The notes beneath the pieces were generated by a model. That model saw only the letters and a program-made list of their open reading frames with translations, had not been told where the DNA came from and made no database searches. From NCBI GenBank assembly GCA_963832025.1, contig CAWHSF010000003.1, positions 79,665 to 143,664 on the forward strand: 64,000 nt of DNA, written 5' to 3'. The position numbers and the translations under genes are program-made. This stretch comes from Candidatus Nomurabacteria bacterium. Lineage in GTDB: Bacteria; Patescibacteriota; Minisyncoccia; Phycocordibacterales; UBA9973. Positions 44,907 through 55,224 of the stretch are shown here, piece after piece. Position 1 is the first letter of the stretch. Each line of letters opens with the position of its first letter.

Positions 44907-45488
44907 TTAGAGATGTGTCTCTTTTAGAGCCTTGTTTATTTGACGCAATACTTCCATTCTGGATTTAGAAATTTCAAATATTAATTCTTGCTCAAATGGA
45001 GATTTGATAAGGTTTTGCAAAGTTTCGTCTCCTCCGATATATCCGAGGTTGTTTAAAATACGCAAAACTAAAACTGCTTCAATGTTTCGTAAGTCTTCCT
45101 TATTTTCTATTTTTTCTAGAACAGATAAACCATTTATTAAATCAATAAATAAAGTTTCATTGGGTTCAACTCCGGCAAGTAATCTTTTTAATAAATTTGC
45201 GATATTATAAAACACCTGAAAAGTTTCTCGATTTTTAGAGAGTGCTTCAAGCCTATTTGTTTTTGATGCGCTGGTCACTCGCCAAAAATCACGCCCTTGA
45301 ACTAGATCAATTTTTACGTAAGCAAAATCTTGCAAAATAAAACGTAATTTTGAAGACATTTTGCGCACACCTTGCGCCGAAGCATAAATCATTCCGAGTT
45401 CACGAGTGAAAATGGAATAATATTTTCCCGTTTCGCCGAAATTTTTACTTCCCAATATTAAACCTTCTGTGTGATAAATATGGTGCAT
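44907..45488 (-). CDS. recO: DNA repair protein RecO (short)
   Basis: N-terminal OB pattern HTEGLILGSKNFGETGKYYSIFTRELGMIYASAQGVRK. Confidence 0.75.
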   Translation of the reverse strand: MHHIYHTEGLILGSKNFGETGKYYSIFTRELGMIYASAQGVRKMSSKLRFILQDFAYVKIDLVQGRDFWRVTSASKTNRLEALSKNRETFQVFYNIANLLKRLLAGVEPNETLFIDLINGLSVLEKIENKEDLRNIEAVLVLRILNNLGYIGGDETLQNLIKSPFEQELIFEISKSRMEVLRQINKALKETHL

Positions 45489-46132
45489 TAAAATTCTTCT
45501 TCTTTTCTATCTTCAAAATTTTTAAAATCAATATTAAATAGCGATAAAGATAAATGACATATTCTGTGAGTGAGATCAATGCCAGATTGATTCAGCATTC
45601 CATCGTGCACAGGAAAACAAACTTGTGGCTTTACTTCTAAGGCATATTTTATTGCATCTTTTATTTTAGCCCAGGGACCAGCGACCGGCAATGCCAGAAT
45701 TTCTATTTTTTTCTTTGGATTATAAAAGGCGTCTCCGGGATAAAATAATCTTTTATCAATAATATAGCCGGTGTTTAGTACCTGTCCGTAATCTTGAAAA
45801 ATCTCTTCATGTTTGCAATCATGAGCTTCAATATCTATCCCGAGAATTTCTTTTGAAATTTTGTTTTCTAAGACTTCATATTTTATACTTTCAACATCGA
45901 GTAACTTCCCAACGCCGTCATTCGTAATTATTTTTACATCTGGATTATTCGCTAAAATTTCTTTTAGTGAATCAATGTGAAAATGATCTCCGTGTTCATG
46001 AGTTATTAAAATTAAATCAATATTTTTTTCTTTTGATTGTTCGTCAACAGCATAAGACCCCGGATCAGTCATTATTCTCTTCCCATTTGTTTCTATCACT
46101 AAACAACAATGCCCTAGTTTTTTGATTTTCAT
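45488..46132 (-). CDS. MBL-fold metallo-hydrolase
   Basis: ILITHEHGDHFH motif. Confidence 0.75.
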   Translation of the reverse strand: MKIKKLGHCCLVIETNGKRIMTDPGSYAVDEQSKEKNIDLILITHEHGDHFHIDSLKEILANNPDVKIITNDGVGKLLDVESIKYEVLENKISKEILGIDIEAHDCKHEEIFQDYGQVLNTGYIIDKRLFYPGDAFYNPKKKIEILALPVAGPWAKIKDAIKYALEVKPQVCFPVHDGMLNQSGIDLTHRICHLSLSLFNIDFKNFEDRKEEEF

Positions 46133-46134
46133 AG

Positions 46135-49100
46135 TTATATTTTCTCAATCTTTACCTTGAAAAGCAAATCGTCGATTTTGATTTCTTCGCCATCTGTCGG
46201 TCCATCTGGGCCAACTTTTATTTCGCGAGCATTCAAAGCCTTCATTAATGATTTTTCATCACTTTTTATTAAATTCTCACCAGCAGGACCAGTCGCACCA
46301 CTAATAATAATGATATCACTTGGTATAAGATTTTTTTCTTTCCTTATATCTTGAAGTGCACGTATAAATTCACGACGATTTCCTTCTAATTTAAGTTCTG
46401 GCGTCATATTTGTGTTTAATGTATAAAATCCTGTACCTGTATAATTTTTTACATTTATTTCTTCTTTGATAATTTCAGCATAACTACCTAAGACTGCTGG
46501 TCCCGTCGCTTCAGAGAGAACTTGTCGAACTGGAATATTTTTTTGCTGTCTTTCTTTGAGCAAAATGGAAACACTATCCCTTGCTTGCGCCATTTTTTCA
46601 ATCGCTTCTCTATCAACTTTCTCCGCTTTAGGCCAATTTTCTAAATGCACGCTTTCTTTATTTTTTTCATTTTTTAATTTCAACCAGATGTCTTCTGCAG
46701 AAAATGGAGCAAATGGAGCCATAACTTTTGCCAGAGTTTTTAACACAAAGTATAGAGTTTGCTTCGCCTCTTTGTCTCCTTCTTTAATTCTTTCTCGAGA
46801 GCGCCGTAAATACCAGGTGGATAGGTCTCCAACAAAATCACGAATCGCACGTGTGGGTTCAAGTAATTTATACTCATTTAAATTATCAGTAGAAAGTTTT
46901 ACTAATTCATTCAATCTAGCCAAAATCCACTGGTCTAGAATATTTGACTTCTCCCCCGACCCCTCTCCAAAAAGTTTTTTGGAGAGGGGTGAAGGGGTGA
47001 GGTGGGTTTCTTCTAAACTTTTATCTCGATAAAGTTCGTAAAATGCCAAAACATTGTAAAGTAATCCAAAAACTTGCTGGTGTAAAAGAGAAACAGTTTT
47101 CTCATCGAAGTTTTTAGATTCTCCCGGCTGATTGACGGAATACATCCACAAACGAAGCGTATCCACGCCATATTTATCCATTGCACTCCACGGATCCACA
47201 ATATTGCCGAGTGATTTGGACATTTTCTTGCCTTTGGCATCAAGCAGGTGCCCAAGACAAATCACGTTTTTATAGGCCAATCCCCGCCCCATCAAAACTC
47301 CAACGGCGTGTAAGGTATAAAACCATCCTCTGGTCTGATCTATCGCTTCAGAAATAAAATCTGCCGGATATCCCGCTCCATCCACCCATTTTTTGTTTTC
47401 AAAGGGGTAATGGTCTTGCGCAAAGGGCATGGCGCCAGAATCGAGCCAAACATCCATGACTTCTTTGGTGCGTACAAGATTTCCTCCGCATTCACAAACA
47501 AGCTTTACTTCGTCAATGTATGGCCGATGCAAATCAAGCTCATAATTTTCGTTGTGAGGAATTGGGATAAAATCTATCTTGTGAAGTTCTGCAGTTTTGT
47601 CGTGACATTCTTTATCAAAAATTTCTTCTGAGCGTTTTTTATTTGCTCCTTCGACAACGGCTGGAGCAACTTCGAGTGAAAAACCATGAGATACAATTAG
47701 AATATTTTCATTTTTATACTTTTCTTCGAGTTCATATAAAAACTTTCCGATTCGATTCTTGGCATCTTGGAAGCTTTCACCTTCTGGATTTTTTACATCA
47801 AAATCCCAACCATTTTCTGTCATGTAGTTGTTGTATTCACTACCGTGTTTGCCAGAAAAATTTCCAAATCCGAATTCACGAAGTTCATCTCGAAAAATTA
47901 TTTCATCTTTAGGGAAGCCTATCTTGTCAGAAATAATTTCAGCTGTTTCTTTGGTCCGAAGAAGTGGTGAAGCAAAAATCATTGCTATTTTTTTGCTGGA
48001 AAGTTCTTTCGCGTGCTTTTCTGTTTCCAAGCGCCCTTTGACAGTAAGAGGATAGACGCCCAATTCATCTGAATAAATATTTATTACATTGTTTTCTGCT
48101 TCGCCATGTCGCATGACAAAATATTTATTGCCAGATTTCTTGGTTTTTTGCTTCAGTTCTTCCACACTCCCGACAACTTCAAGCTTTTTACATTTTTCAC
48201 AAGCCCAAACCGGAAGCGGAGTGCCCCAGTATCGTTCGCGTGAGATTGCCCAATCTTTTATCTCGCGAAGCCATTCGCCAAAACGCCCATCGCGGATATG
48301 TGAAGGTTCCCAATTTATTTTTTTATTCTCGGCAATCATTTTTTCCTTGATTTTCGGATCGGAAACTTTGATATACCAAGAATCTCGTGCGTAATAAATA
48401 AGCGCGGTGTGGCAACGCCAACAATGCGGATAGGAGTGTTCATATTTTTCTTTTTTAAACAAAAGTCCGCGGTGCGCCAAATCTTTGATGACATCCACCG
48501 CCACTTCTTCGTCGCGAACAAATCTGCCTTCAAATATTCCGGTCCCTGCCAAAAATTTTCCATCCAGGCCAACCAAATGATGTTTTGGCAAACCAACCTT
48601 TGTTCCCAACACAAAATCATCTTGTCCATACATCACTGCCGTATGCACCACGCCGGTACCGTCTTCGGTCGTGACAAAATCTGCCGGATAAACTTTGTAA
48701 GCCTTTTCCATTTTATGCTTCTCGGTTTCAAAAATCGTGTTTGAGAGAAATGGGTAAAGCGGTTCGTATTCCAGGCCAATCAAATCTTTGCCTTTCATTT
48801 CTTCTATAATTTCATATTCGCCTTCAACTATAGAAAGTCGTGCCTTGGCTAAAATTAAAATTTCATTTCCAACTTTAATTTTTACGTAATCAAGTTTTTC
48901 TCCCACAGCCAGCGCCACATTGCCCGGCAGAGTCCAAGGAGTTGTCGTCCATGCGAGAACATAGGTGTCGTCAGTCGCCGCAGAAGAATTCTTCGGCATT
49001 ACTCCACCCTCTGGGCGGAACCTTCCGCCTTCAGAATTCTTCTGCGGCGACGCGACGACTTTAAATTTTACGGTCACCGACAAATCTTTCACATCTTCAT

Positions 49101-49695
49101 ATCCTTGCGCAAGTTCGTGCGAAGAAAGAGAAGTTCCGCATCTTGGGCACCAAGGCACAACTTTATAATCTTTATAAAGTAATTTCTGTTCATTTATTTT
49201 TTTTACAATATTCCAGACCGATTCAATGTAGCTATTATGATAAGTGACATATGCGTTTTTTTGGTCTACCCAATATCCAATACGCTTAGTAAATTTATTC
49301 CAAACTTCCAGATATTCCCAGACAGATTCTTTACATTCTTGGTTGAATTTCGCAATACCGTATTCTTCAATTCCCTTTTTTGAATTCAAGCCAAGTTTTT
49401 TCTCCACCTGAAGCTCTACCGGCAACCCTTGCGTATCCCATCCACCTTTTCTACGCACATGAAAACCCTGCATCGTTTTATATCGCGGAATCACATCCTT
49501 AAATGCTCGCGCTTCTAAATGGTGTATTCCTGGCTTGCCATTTGCTGTTGGCGGACCTTCGTAAAAAATAAATTCTTTTTCCCCTTCCGTTTGCTTTAGA
49601 GATTTATCGAAAATTTTATTCTCTTTCCAAAATTCCAAAATGCGTTCCTCGCGCAAAGCAGTCTCACTTTTTTTGTTTTCTAGATTTTCAGCCAT
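46135..49695 (-). CDS. ileS: isoleucine--tRNA ligase with an inserted histidine-phosphatase domain and two palindromic-element inserts
   Basis: PTANGKPGIHH, editing-domain WTTTPWTLPGN, KMSKSLGN, Zn-type CxxC pairs. 1186 aa. Confidence 0.9.
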   Translation of the reverse strand: MAENLENKKSETALREERILEFWKENKIFDKSLKQTEGEKEFIFYEGPPTANGKPGIHHLEARAFKDVIPRYKTMQGFHVRRKGGWDTQGLPVELQVEKKLGLNSKKGIEEYGIAKFNQECKESVWEYLEVWNKFTKRIGYWVDQKNAYVTYHNSYIESVWNIVKKINEQKLLYKDYKVVPWCPRCGTSLSSHELAQGYEDVKDLSVTVKFKVVASPQKNSEGGRFRPEGGVMPKNSSAATDDTYVLAWTTTPWTLPGNVALAVGEKLDYVKIKVGNEILILAKARLSIVEGEYEIIEEMKGKDLIGLEYEPLYPFLSNTIFETEKHKMEKAYKVYPADFVTTEDGTGVVHTAVMYGQDDFVLGTKVGLPKHHLVGLDGKFLAGTGIFEGRFVRDEEVAVDVIKDLAHRGLLFKKEKYEHSYPHCWRCHTALIYYARDSWYIKVSDPKIKEKMIAENKKINWEPSHIRDGRFGEWLREIKDWAISRERYWGTPLPVWACEKCKKLEVVGSVEELKQKTKKSGNKYFVMRHGEAENNVINIYSDELGVYPLTVKGRLETEKHAKELSSKKIAMIFASPLLRTKETAEIISDKIGFPKDEIIFRDELREFGFGNFSGKHGSEYNNYMTENGWDFDVKNPEGESFQDAKNRIGKFLYELEEKYKNENILIVSHGFSLEVAPAVVEGANKKRSEEIFDKECHDKTAELHKIDFIPIPHNENYELDLHRPYIDEVKLVCECGGNLVRTKEVMDVWLDSGAMPFAQDHYPFENKKWVDGAGYPADFISEAIDQTRGWFYTLHAVGVLMGRGLAYKNVICLGHLLDAKGKKMSKSLGNIVDPWSAMDKYGVDTLRLWMYSVNQPGESKNFDEKTVSLLHQQVFGLLYNVLAFYELYRDKSLEETHLTPSPLSKKLFGEGSGEKSNILDQWILARLNELVKLSTDNLNEYKLLEPTRAIRDFVGDLSTWYLRRSRERIKEGDKEAKQTLYFVLKTLAKVMAPFAPFSAEDIWLKLKNEKNKESVHLENWPKAEKVDREAIEKMAQARDSVSILLKERQQKNIPVRQVLSEATGPAVLGSYAEIIKEEINVKNYTGTGFYTLNTNMTPELKLEGNRREFIRALQDIRKEKNLIPSDIIIISGATGPAGENLIKSDEKSLMKALNAREIKVGPDGPTDGEEIKIDDLLFKVKIEKI
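46949..47006. repeat. GC-rich palindrome cccctctccaaaaa-gt-tttttggagagggg with flanks, inside ileS
   Basis: Family of 39821-39870. Encodes ...LTPSPLSKKLFGEGSGEKS... Confidence 0.8.
48974..49051. repeat. 78-nt palindromic element with perfect 19-bp termini inside ileS (GTCGCC...GGCGAC family)
   Basis: gtcgccgcagaagaattct (48974-48992) / agaattcttctgcggcgac (49033-49051). Inner hairpin ggcggaa-cc-ttccgcc. Exactly 26 codons. Confidence 0.9.
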
Positions 49696-49727
49696 TATTG
49701 GCTGATTTTAACATAAAATATAGATTT

Positions 49728-51391
49728 TTACATCTTTCTTGGAGCCTCTATGCCCAGGAGATGTAAGCCATTTTTCATCACAAAAGAAAACGCATAAGTC
49801 AGAGCTACTTTGTATGGAGAAGTTTCGTCTGCTTTATTTACGATTACATTGTTCCCATAAAAACTATTGAAGGAGCGAGCGACTTCGATTAAATAGTTTG
49901 CAATATGATGCGGTTCGTATGCAGATACAGAACGAGCGACAACTTCTGGAAACTTATACAACATTTTTTCTACTTCAAAAATTTCATTTGGAACATTTTC
50001 AAAATCTGGAATAATATTTTCCTTTTGCGCTTTTTCTAAAACAGAATTTGCTCGAGTGTAAGAATACTGCAAGTATGGACCGGAGTCTCCTTCAAAAGAA
50101 ATAGATTTTTCAAAATCATAAATTATATCTCCGCCAATTCCCTGTTTTAATATTGAATACTTGATTGCAGACACCGCCACCGCAGAAACAATACTTTCTC
50201 TTTCTTCTTCGGAAAATTCTCGGTCGCTCATTTTTTGAAATACTGCTTCTCGTGCATCAGCAATCAATGATTCTCCAGTAACTGCATTCCCTTTTCTAGA
50301 GCCCATCTTGCCAGTAGTTAACCTCATCATGCCGTGCGTGATGTGTTTCATTCTATTTTCGAATTCTGGATAAATTAGAGAAAGGGCTTTTGCCACTACG
50401 CGCATATAGTCCGCTTGTTCGTTTGCCGTAATGACAATAGACAAATCCATGTTTGGTTCAGTTTTAAACTTTTCTTCACTCAAACCGAGTTCTTTTGTCT
50501 CATAAGTCGGCAAGCCCGCAGATGTGATAAAAACTCTTGTATGCAGTTTCGGATCATGTTTTTCGGCTTTAAAGACAACTGCTCCATCAGATTCCTCAAA
50601 AACTTTACCCATGTTATCCTGAACAATGTCTCGGCCGATATCTGCCATCGCGCTTTCTAAAAAGTAATAATCAAATTTTGTGCCAAGCATCTTATATAAG
50701 TCTTCAAAAGCTTCCATCGTCACTTTAAAACCCCAGTCATAAACTTGATTTACTTCTTCGTCTTCTCTCTTGTAAATTCTTTGGTTCAAAATATCAATTT
50801 CTTTTTTGGCTTCAGGGTCTTCCTCGTAGGCTTTACACCTAACACATAAGAGTCTCCAATATATTGCGCGAGAATGGCAACAGGGGCATCCATATCTTTC
50901 GGCATCCCCTTTTTCTGCATACCATAAAACGCTTTGGCCACATGAAGTCCAACATCTCCTTGATAATTTGCACGCGCGACATCTGCCCCAGCGTGTTCTA
51001 AAATTCTGGCGATGGATTCGCCGATGGCGTTTGTCATCAAGTGACCGATATGAAAAGGTTTGAAAGGGTTCGGGTCGGTATATTCAACCATGAATTTTTT
51101 TCCTTTCATGAGATTGTTTTTCCCGACATCTGCCCCTTTACCCAAAATTTCTTCAATACTTTTACTAAAAAATTCGCGAGAAAGATGGAAATTTATAAAC
51201 CTGTCAATTACTTCTATCTTTCCTATCTCAGATATCTTATGTGTGTCTAGTTTTTTGAAATATTCTTCCGCGTTTTCGGAGGTTGAGATAAAAGTATAAT
51301 CGCCATTCTTTATGTCTTTGGGATGCACCAAAACAAAATCTCCTTCGATTTTCAAAATTTCTTTTATCCAATTTTTTATTTTGTCTTCCAT
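49728..51391 (-). CDS. argS: arginine--tRNA ligase (one apparent frameshift near 50800)
   Basis: PFHIGHLMTNAIGE (HIGH) and a DALR-type C-terminus. Restoring one A in gtaaa(a)gcc joins ...LGVKAYEEDPEAKKEIDILNQRIY... Confidence 0.88.
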
Positions 51392-51402
51392 CTTATTTGA
51401 TT

Positions 51403-51825
51403 TTACTTTTTTCCCGTACTGCCAAATTTGCCTTCGCCACGAGCTGATTCACTCAAGGTGTCTGTCTCAACAATTTCCGCTATCTCCACAGGCACAATCA
51501 CCAGTTGGGCAACTTTATCTCCCTCCTCAAAAGTATAAGGCTTATCAGATAGATTTACCAATAGTGTATTGTATTCACCTCTATATCCTGCATCAAAAAC
51601 ACCCCCTGTGTGAACAAATCCTTCTTTAGAAATACTACTTTTATCCATAATTATCGCTCCATAACCTTCGGGAAATTCTAAAGCAAATCCGTGCCAAAAA
51701 CGATAATGCTCTCCTGGTTTAACTGTCACTGTCTCCATGGAATATACATCCATACCCACATCCCCCGGGTGGTGGTATTTCGGCAATTTTGCATTTTCTT
51801 TTAATTTTTTAACTTTGAGAATCAT
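51403..51825 (-). CDS. dut: dUTP diphosphatase
   Basis: GDVGMDVYS, GVFDAGYRGE, C-terminal RGEGKFGSTG. Confidence 0.88.
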   Translation of the reverse strand: MILKVKKLKENAKLPKYHHPGDVGMDVYSMETVTVKPGEHYRFWHGFALEFPEGYGAIIMDKSSISKEGFVHTGGVFDAGYRGEYNTLLVNLSDKPYTFEEGDKVAQLVIVPVEIAEIVETDTLSESARGEGKFGSTGKK

Positions 51826-52507
51826 TTGATAATTTTTTTAACTTTTTCATAAATCATTTCGTGAATTTGCTCACGAGACAGCATTTCTCCATTTTTCGAA
51901 CATTCTATTTTTATAAAATGTTTCAAAAGCTTTGAAAGCCAAACTGCACTCTTGATGGAATTTTTCTTGAACTCCAAATCGACTTCGTGTACATCTTTTT
52001 TGTTGCCTGAATATTTGCGAACAGAAGTTTTGTTTCTTTTTTTAATTAAAACCTCCACTAGCGAAAGTGGCAAGGAAAGATAAAAAGTAATGTCGGGACG
52101 AGGAATTTTAAAAACATCATATTCCAGTTCATCCAGCCACTTGATAAAACTGCACGCTTTTTAGCATTCGCAATTTTCCCGCCTTGGTGAATCTGATTTG
52201 CAGAAACATATCTATCCAGCACAACCATATAACCTGCTTTTAAATATTTTTTTATTTCTTCCGAGGATTCCCATCTATCGGCAGCGTAAAGAACCGAAAC
52301 TATTTTGGGGTGAACGTTTATGAAATTATAATATTGCTCGGTTAAACAATGCCCGATAAATCCTCCGATAAAATTTTCGTAATGAGGAAAATGAATTGTT
52401 TTTACTTTATAGCCATCTTTTTTAAGCTTCTTTGATAAAAGATTTATTTGCGTGGTTTTTCCGCTTCCATCCGTGCCGTCTATTACAATAAGTTTGCCTT
52501 TTACCAT
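51822..52507 (-). CDS. tmk: thymidylate kinase (one apparent frameshift near 52160)
   Basis: P-loop IDGTDGSGKTT, LDRYV. The second half (FIKWLDELEYDVFKIPRPDITFYL...) is in another frame across a T-run. Confidence 0.85.
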
Positions 52508-52543
52508 ACAGAAAATATAGCAGAAAAAGGGGTAAATTGAAAA

Positions 52544-53272
52544 TTACTTCCCTGAGATTGAATAACCACCATCAACCAAAATTGTTTGTCCAGTTATAAA
52601 ACTAGCCTTATCGCCCGCCAAGAATAAAATCGCTTCTGCAATTTCTTCTGGCTGTGCAATCCTGCTAAGCAGATTGTCTTTGGCTTGTGTTTGAACTTGC
52701 TCATTCCAAGTTTTCGCAATTGGGGTATCAGTAAAACCTGGTGCGACCGCGTTGACTAGAATATTTGGAGCAAATTGCTTGGCTAACACAGATGTAAGAT
52801 TCACAATAGCTGCCTTTGAAGCAGAATATGAACATTCCCTGACGTTGTATAAAATCCACGGATTGAGGCAATATTTACTATTCTTCCATAATTATTTTTC
52901 TGCATTTCGGGAATAACTGCTTTAACAAAAATGGGTTGTACCCAAAACATTTGTTTTGAAAACATCCAACCAAACTTCATCCGTCAATTTTAGAAATTTT
53001 TGGTTAAGAGAAATCCCCGCAGAGTTTACAAGGATATCAATTCTTTTTATTTTCTCCAGAATTCTGCTTACTTCAGATTCTACAGATGCTTTGTCTGTGA
53101 TATCGCAAAAAATATATTCACACTCTAGTTCCTTAGCTAGATTTTTTAAATCCTCGCTTTCATTTCTGCCATGCAATATCACATTGGCTCCATACCCTTT
53201 TGCCAAACGCGCAGTCGCCGCCCCAATTCCGGATGATGACCCAGTAATTAAAATAATTTTATTTTTTAACAT
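52544..53272 (-). CDS. short-chain dehydrogenase/reductase (at least 2 apparent frameshifts)
   Basis: TGSSSGIG, NSAG. The YSASKAA catalytic motif is readable only in a third frame near 52830-52850. Confidence 0.75.
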
Positions 53273-53326
53273 AATTTTATTTTTTATACAAACTTTTTTG
53301 GTATTGGAAAATTTTTCGCCAAAGCT

Positions 53327-54531
53327 TTAATTTCTTTGTGAACTTTGTTCTTTTATTTTTTTATTATCTTTATTTTTGAGCGTCATAATCATGAGCTCTG
53401 CCACACGTTTACACTCTTTCTCTTTAAATCCACGCGTCGTAATTGCCGGTGTGCCAAAACGAATACCGGAAGGATCCATCGGCTTGCGGACATCGCCCGC
53501 AATTGAATTCATGTTTAAAGTAATTCCAACTTCGTCGAGCACTGTCTGCGCTTCTTTGCCGGTCACCCCCAAAGAACCAAAAACATCAGCTAAAATAAGG
53601 TGATTTTCAGTTCCGCCGCCAATCATCCGAATTTTATTCTTCTTAAATACTTCTGCCATTGCTTTAGCATTTTTCAAAATTTGCTTTGCATATTTTTTAT
53701 ATTTTGGCGTCATCGCTTCTCCAAAAGCCACAGCTTTGGCAGCAATCGTGTGCATATGTGGACCACCTTGAATTCCTGGGAAAATCGATTTATCAATTTT
53801 TTTTGCAATCTCTTCGCTTTCACGAGTAAGAATTATTCCTCCGCGCGGACCACGAAGTGTTTTGTGTGTAGTGGAAGTGATAATATCAAAACCATCATCA
53901 AACGGATTGCGAAGAACTCCGGCTGCAATCAGACCTGCAATGTGTGCCATGTCTGCCATGGTGACAGCTCCTACTTCATGCGCAATATCTGCGAATTTTT
54001 TATAATTCAAAGTTTTTGGATACGCAGAAAATCCAGCCAAAATTATTTTTGGTTTATGTTCTTTAGCAAGTCGGCGAAGATTTCATCATAATCAATTTCT
54101 CCCGTATCAGGATCTTTCATTTTATATCCGATAAATTTATATATTTTGGCAGGCAGGGTGAGAGGATGTCCATGGGTAAGATGTCCGCCATGGGACAAAT
54201 CCATGCCGAGTACTGTGTCCCCTGGTTCCAAGAGTGCAGCATAAACAGCTAAATTTGCGGGTGCGCCGGAATGCGGTTGAACATTGGCATATTTGCATTT
54301 AAATAATTTACAAACACGTTCAATTGCAAGCTTTCGACTTGATCGGTCCAGTCTTGTCCCCCATAATAACGACTGCCCAGGATACCCTTCGGAATATTTA
54401 TTTGTGAAAACAGAACCATTAGCTTTTAATACATCTTCTGAGACATAGTTCTCGGAAGGGATGAGTTCTAATCCTTCCGCTTGTCTCTTTTCCTCACCTT
54501 TTATTAACTTTTCAATTAGTTTGTCATGCAT
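53327..54531 (-). CDS. glyA: serine hydroxymethyltransferase (one apparent frameshift near 54050)
   Basis: SENYVSEDVL, GGHLTHGH, TTHKTLRGPRGG. TAGTAT lies 6 nt upstream of the ATG. Confidence 0.9.
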
Positions 54532-54588
54532 ATAAATATACTATCACAAAGCATAAATAATGGTAATATTTTGTATAATTAATCGTCA

Positions 54589-54597
54589 TGTTATAAT
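54589..54597 (+). promoter_or_regulatory. extended -10 element TGTTATAAT upstream of the SOD-like gene
   Basis: Perfect TGnTATAAT 33 nt upstream of the ATG at 54631. Confidence 0.4.
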
Positions 54598-54630
54598 GTA
54601 AACCCATTATTAATTAATAATTAAAATTAT

Positions 54631-55224
54631 ATGGAAAAATTTATCGAACAAAAATTTAATATCGGGCCTTTAAAAGGTATCTCAGCCAAAAATATTGAGG
54701 AACATTTAAAGCTATATTCAGGCTATGTAAAGAATTTTAATTTAATATTTGAGAAACTTGGAGAACTGATGGCTGACCCTGAGAAAAATGCTTATGTTAT
54801 CGGTGAACTTCACCGCCGAATCGGTTTTGAATTTAACGGTATGAGAAATCATGAATATTATTTCAAATCTTTGGAAGGTGGACCAAAGCCACTTCCGGAA
54901 AATTCACAATTAAAAAAAGCCGTAGAAAAAGTAGCAGGCTCAATGGAAAATGCAATGATGGGTTTCAAAACTCTAGCCATGACTCGTGGAATCGGCTGGG
55001 CAATGCTCTACTGGGATAAACAATCAAAACAATTTATTCCTACGTGGGTGGACGAGCAACATTTGGGACAATTGAATGGGCTTTCATATGTTCTCGGCAT
55101 TGATATGTGGGAACATGCATATGTCTATGATTACCCAACTTCCGAAAAGAAAAAATATATAGAAGCTTTTTTTGAAAATCTAAATTGGGAAGTCATCGAA
55201 GAAAATTTTAGAAAGGCACAGTAA
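54631..55224 (+). CDS. Fe/Mn-family superoxide dismutase-like protein
   Basis: C-terminal metal-ligand block GIDMWEHAYVYDY and an NH motif in FNGMRNHEYYF. The N-terminal HHxKHH block is degenerate. Confidence 0.65.
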   Translation: MEKFIEQKFNIGPLKGISAKNIEEHLKLYSGYVKNFNLIFEKLGELMADPEKNAYVIGELHRRIGFEFNGMRNHEYYFKSLEGGPKPLPENSQLKKAVEKVAGSMENAMMGFKTLAMTRGIGWAMLYWDKQSKQFIPTWVDEQHLGQLNGLSYVLGIDMWEHAYVYDYPTSEKKKYIEAFFENLNWEVIEENFRKAQ

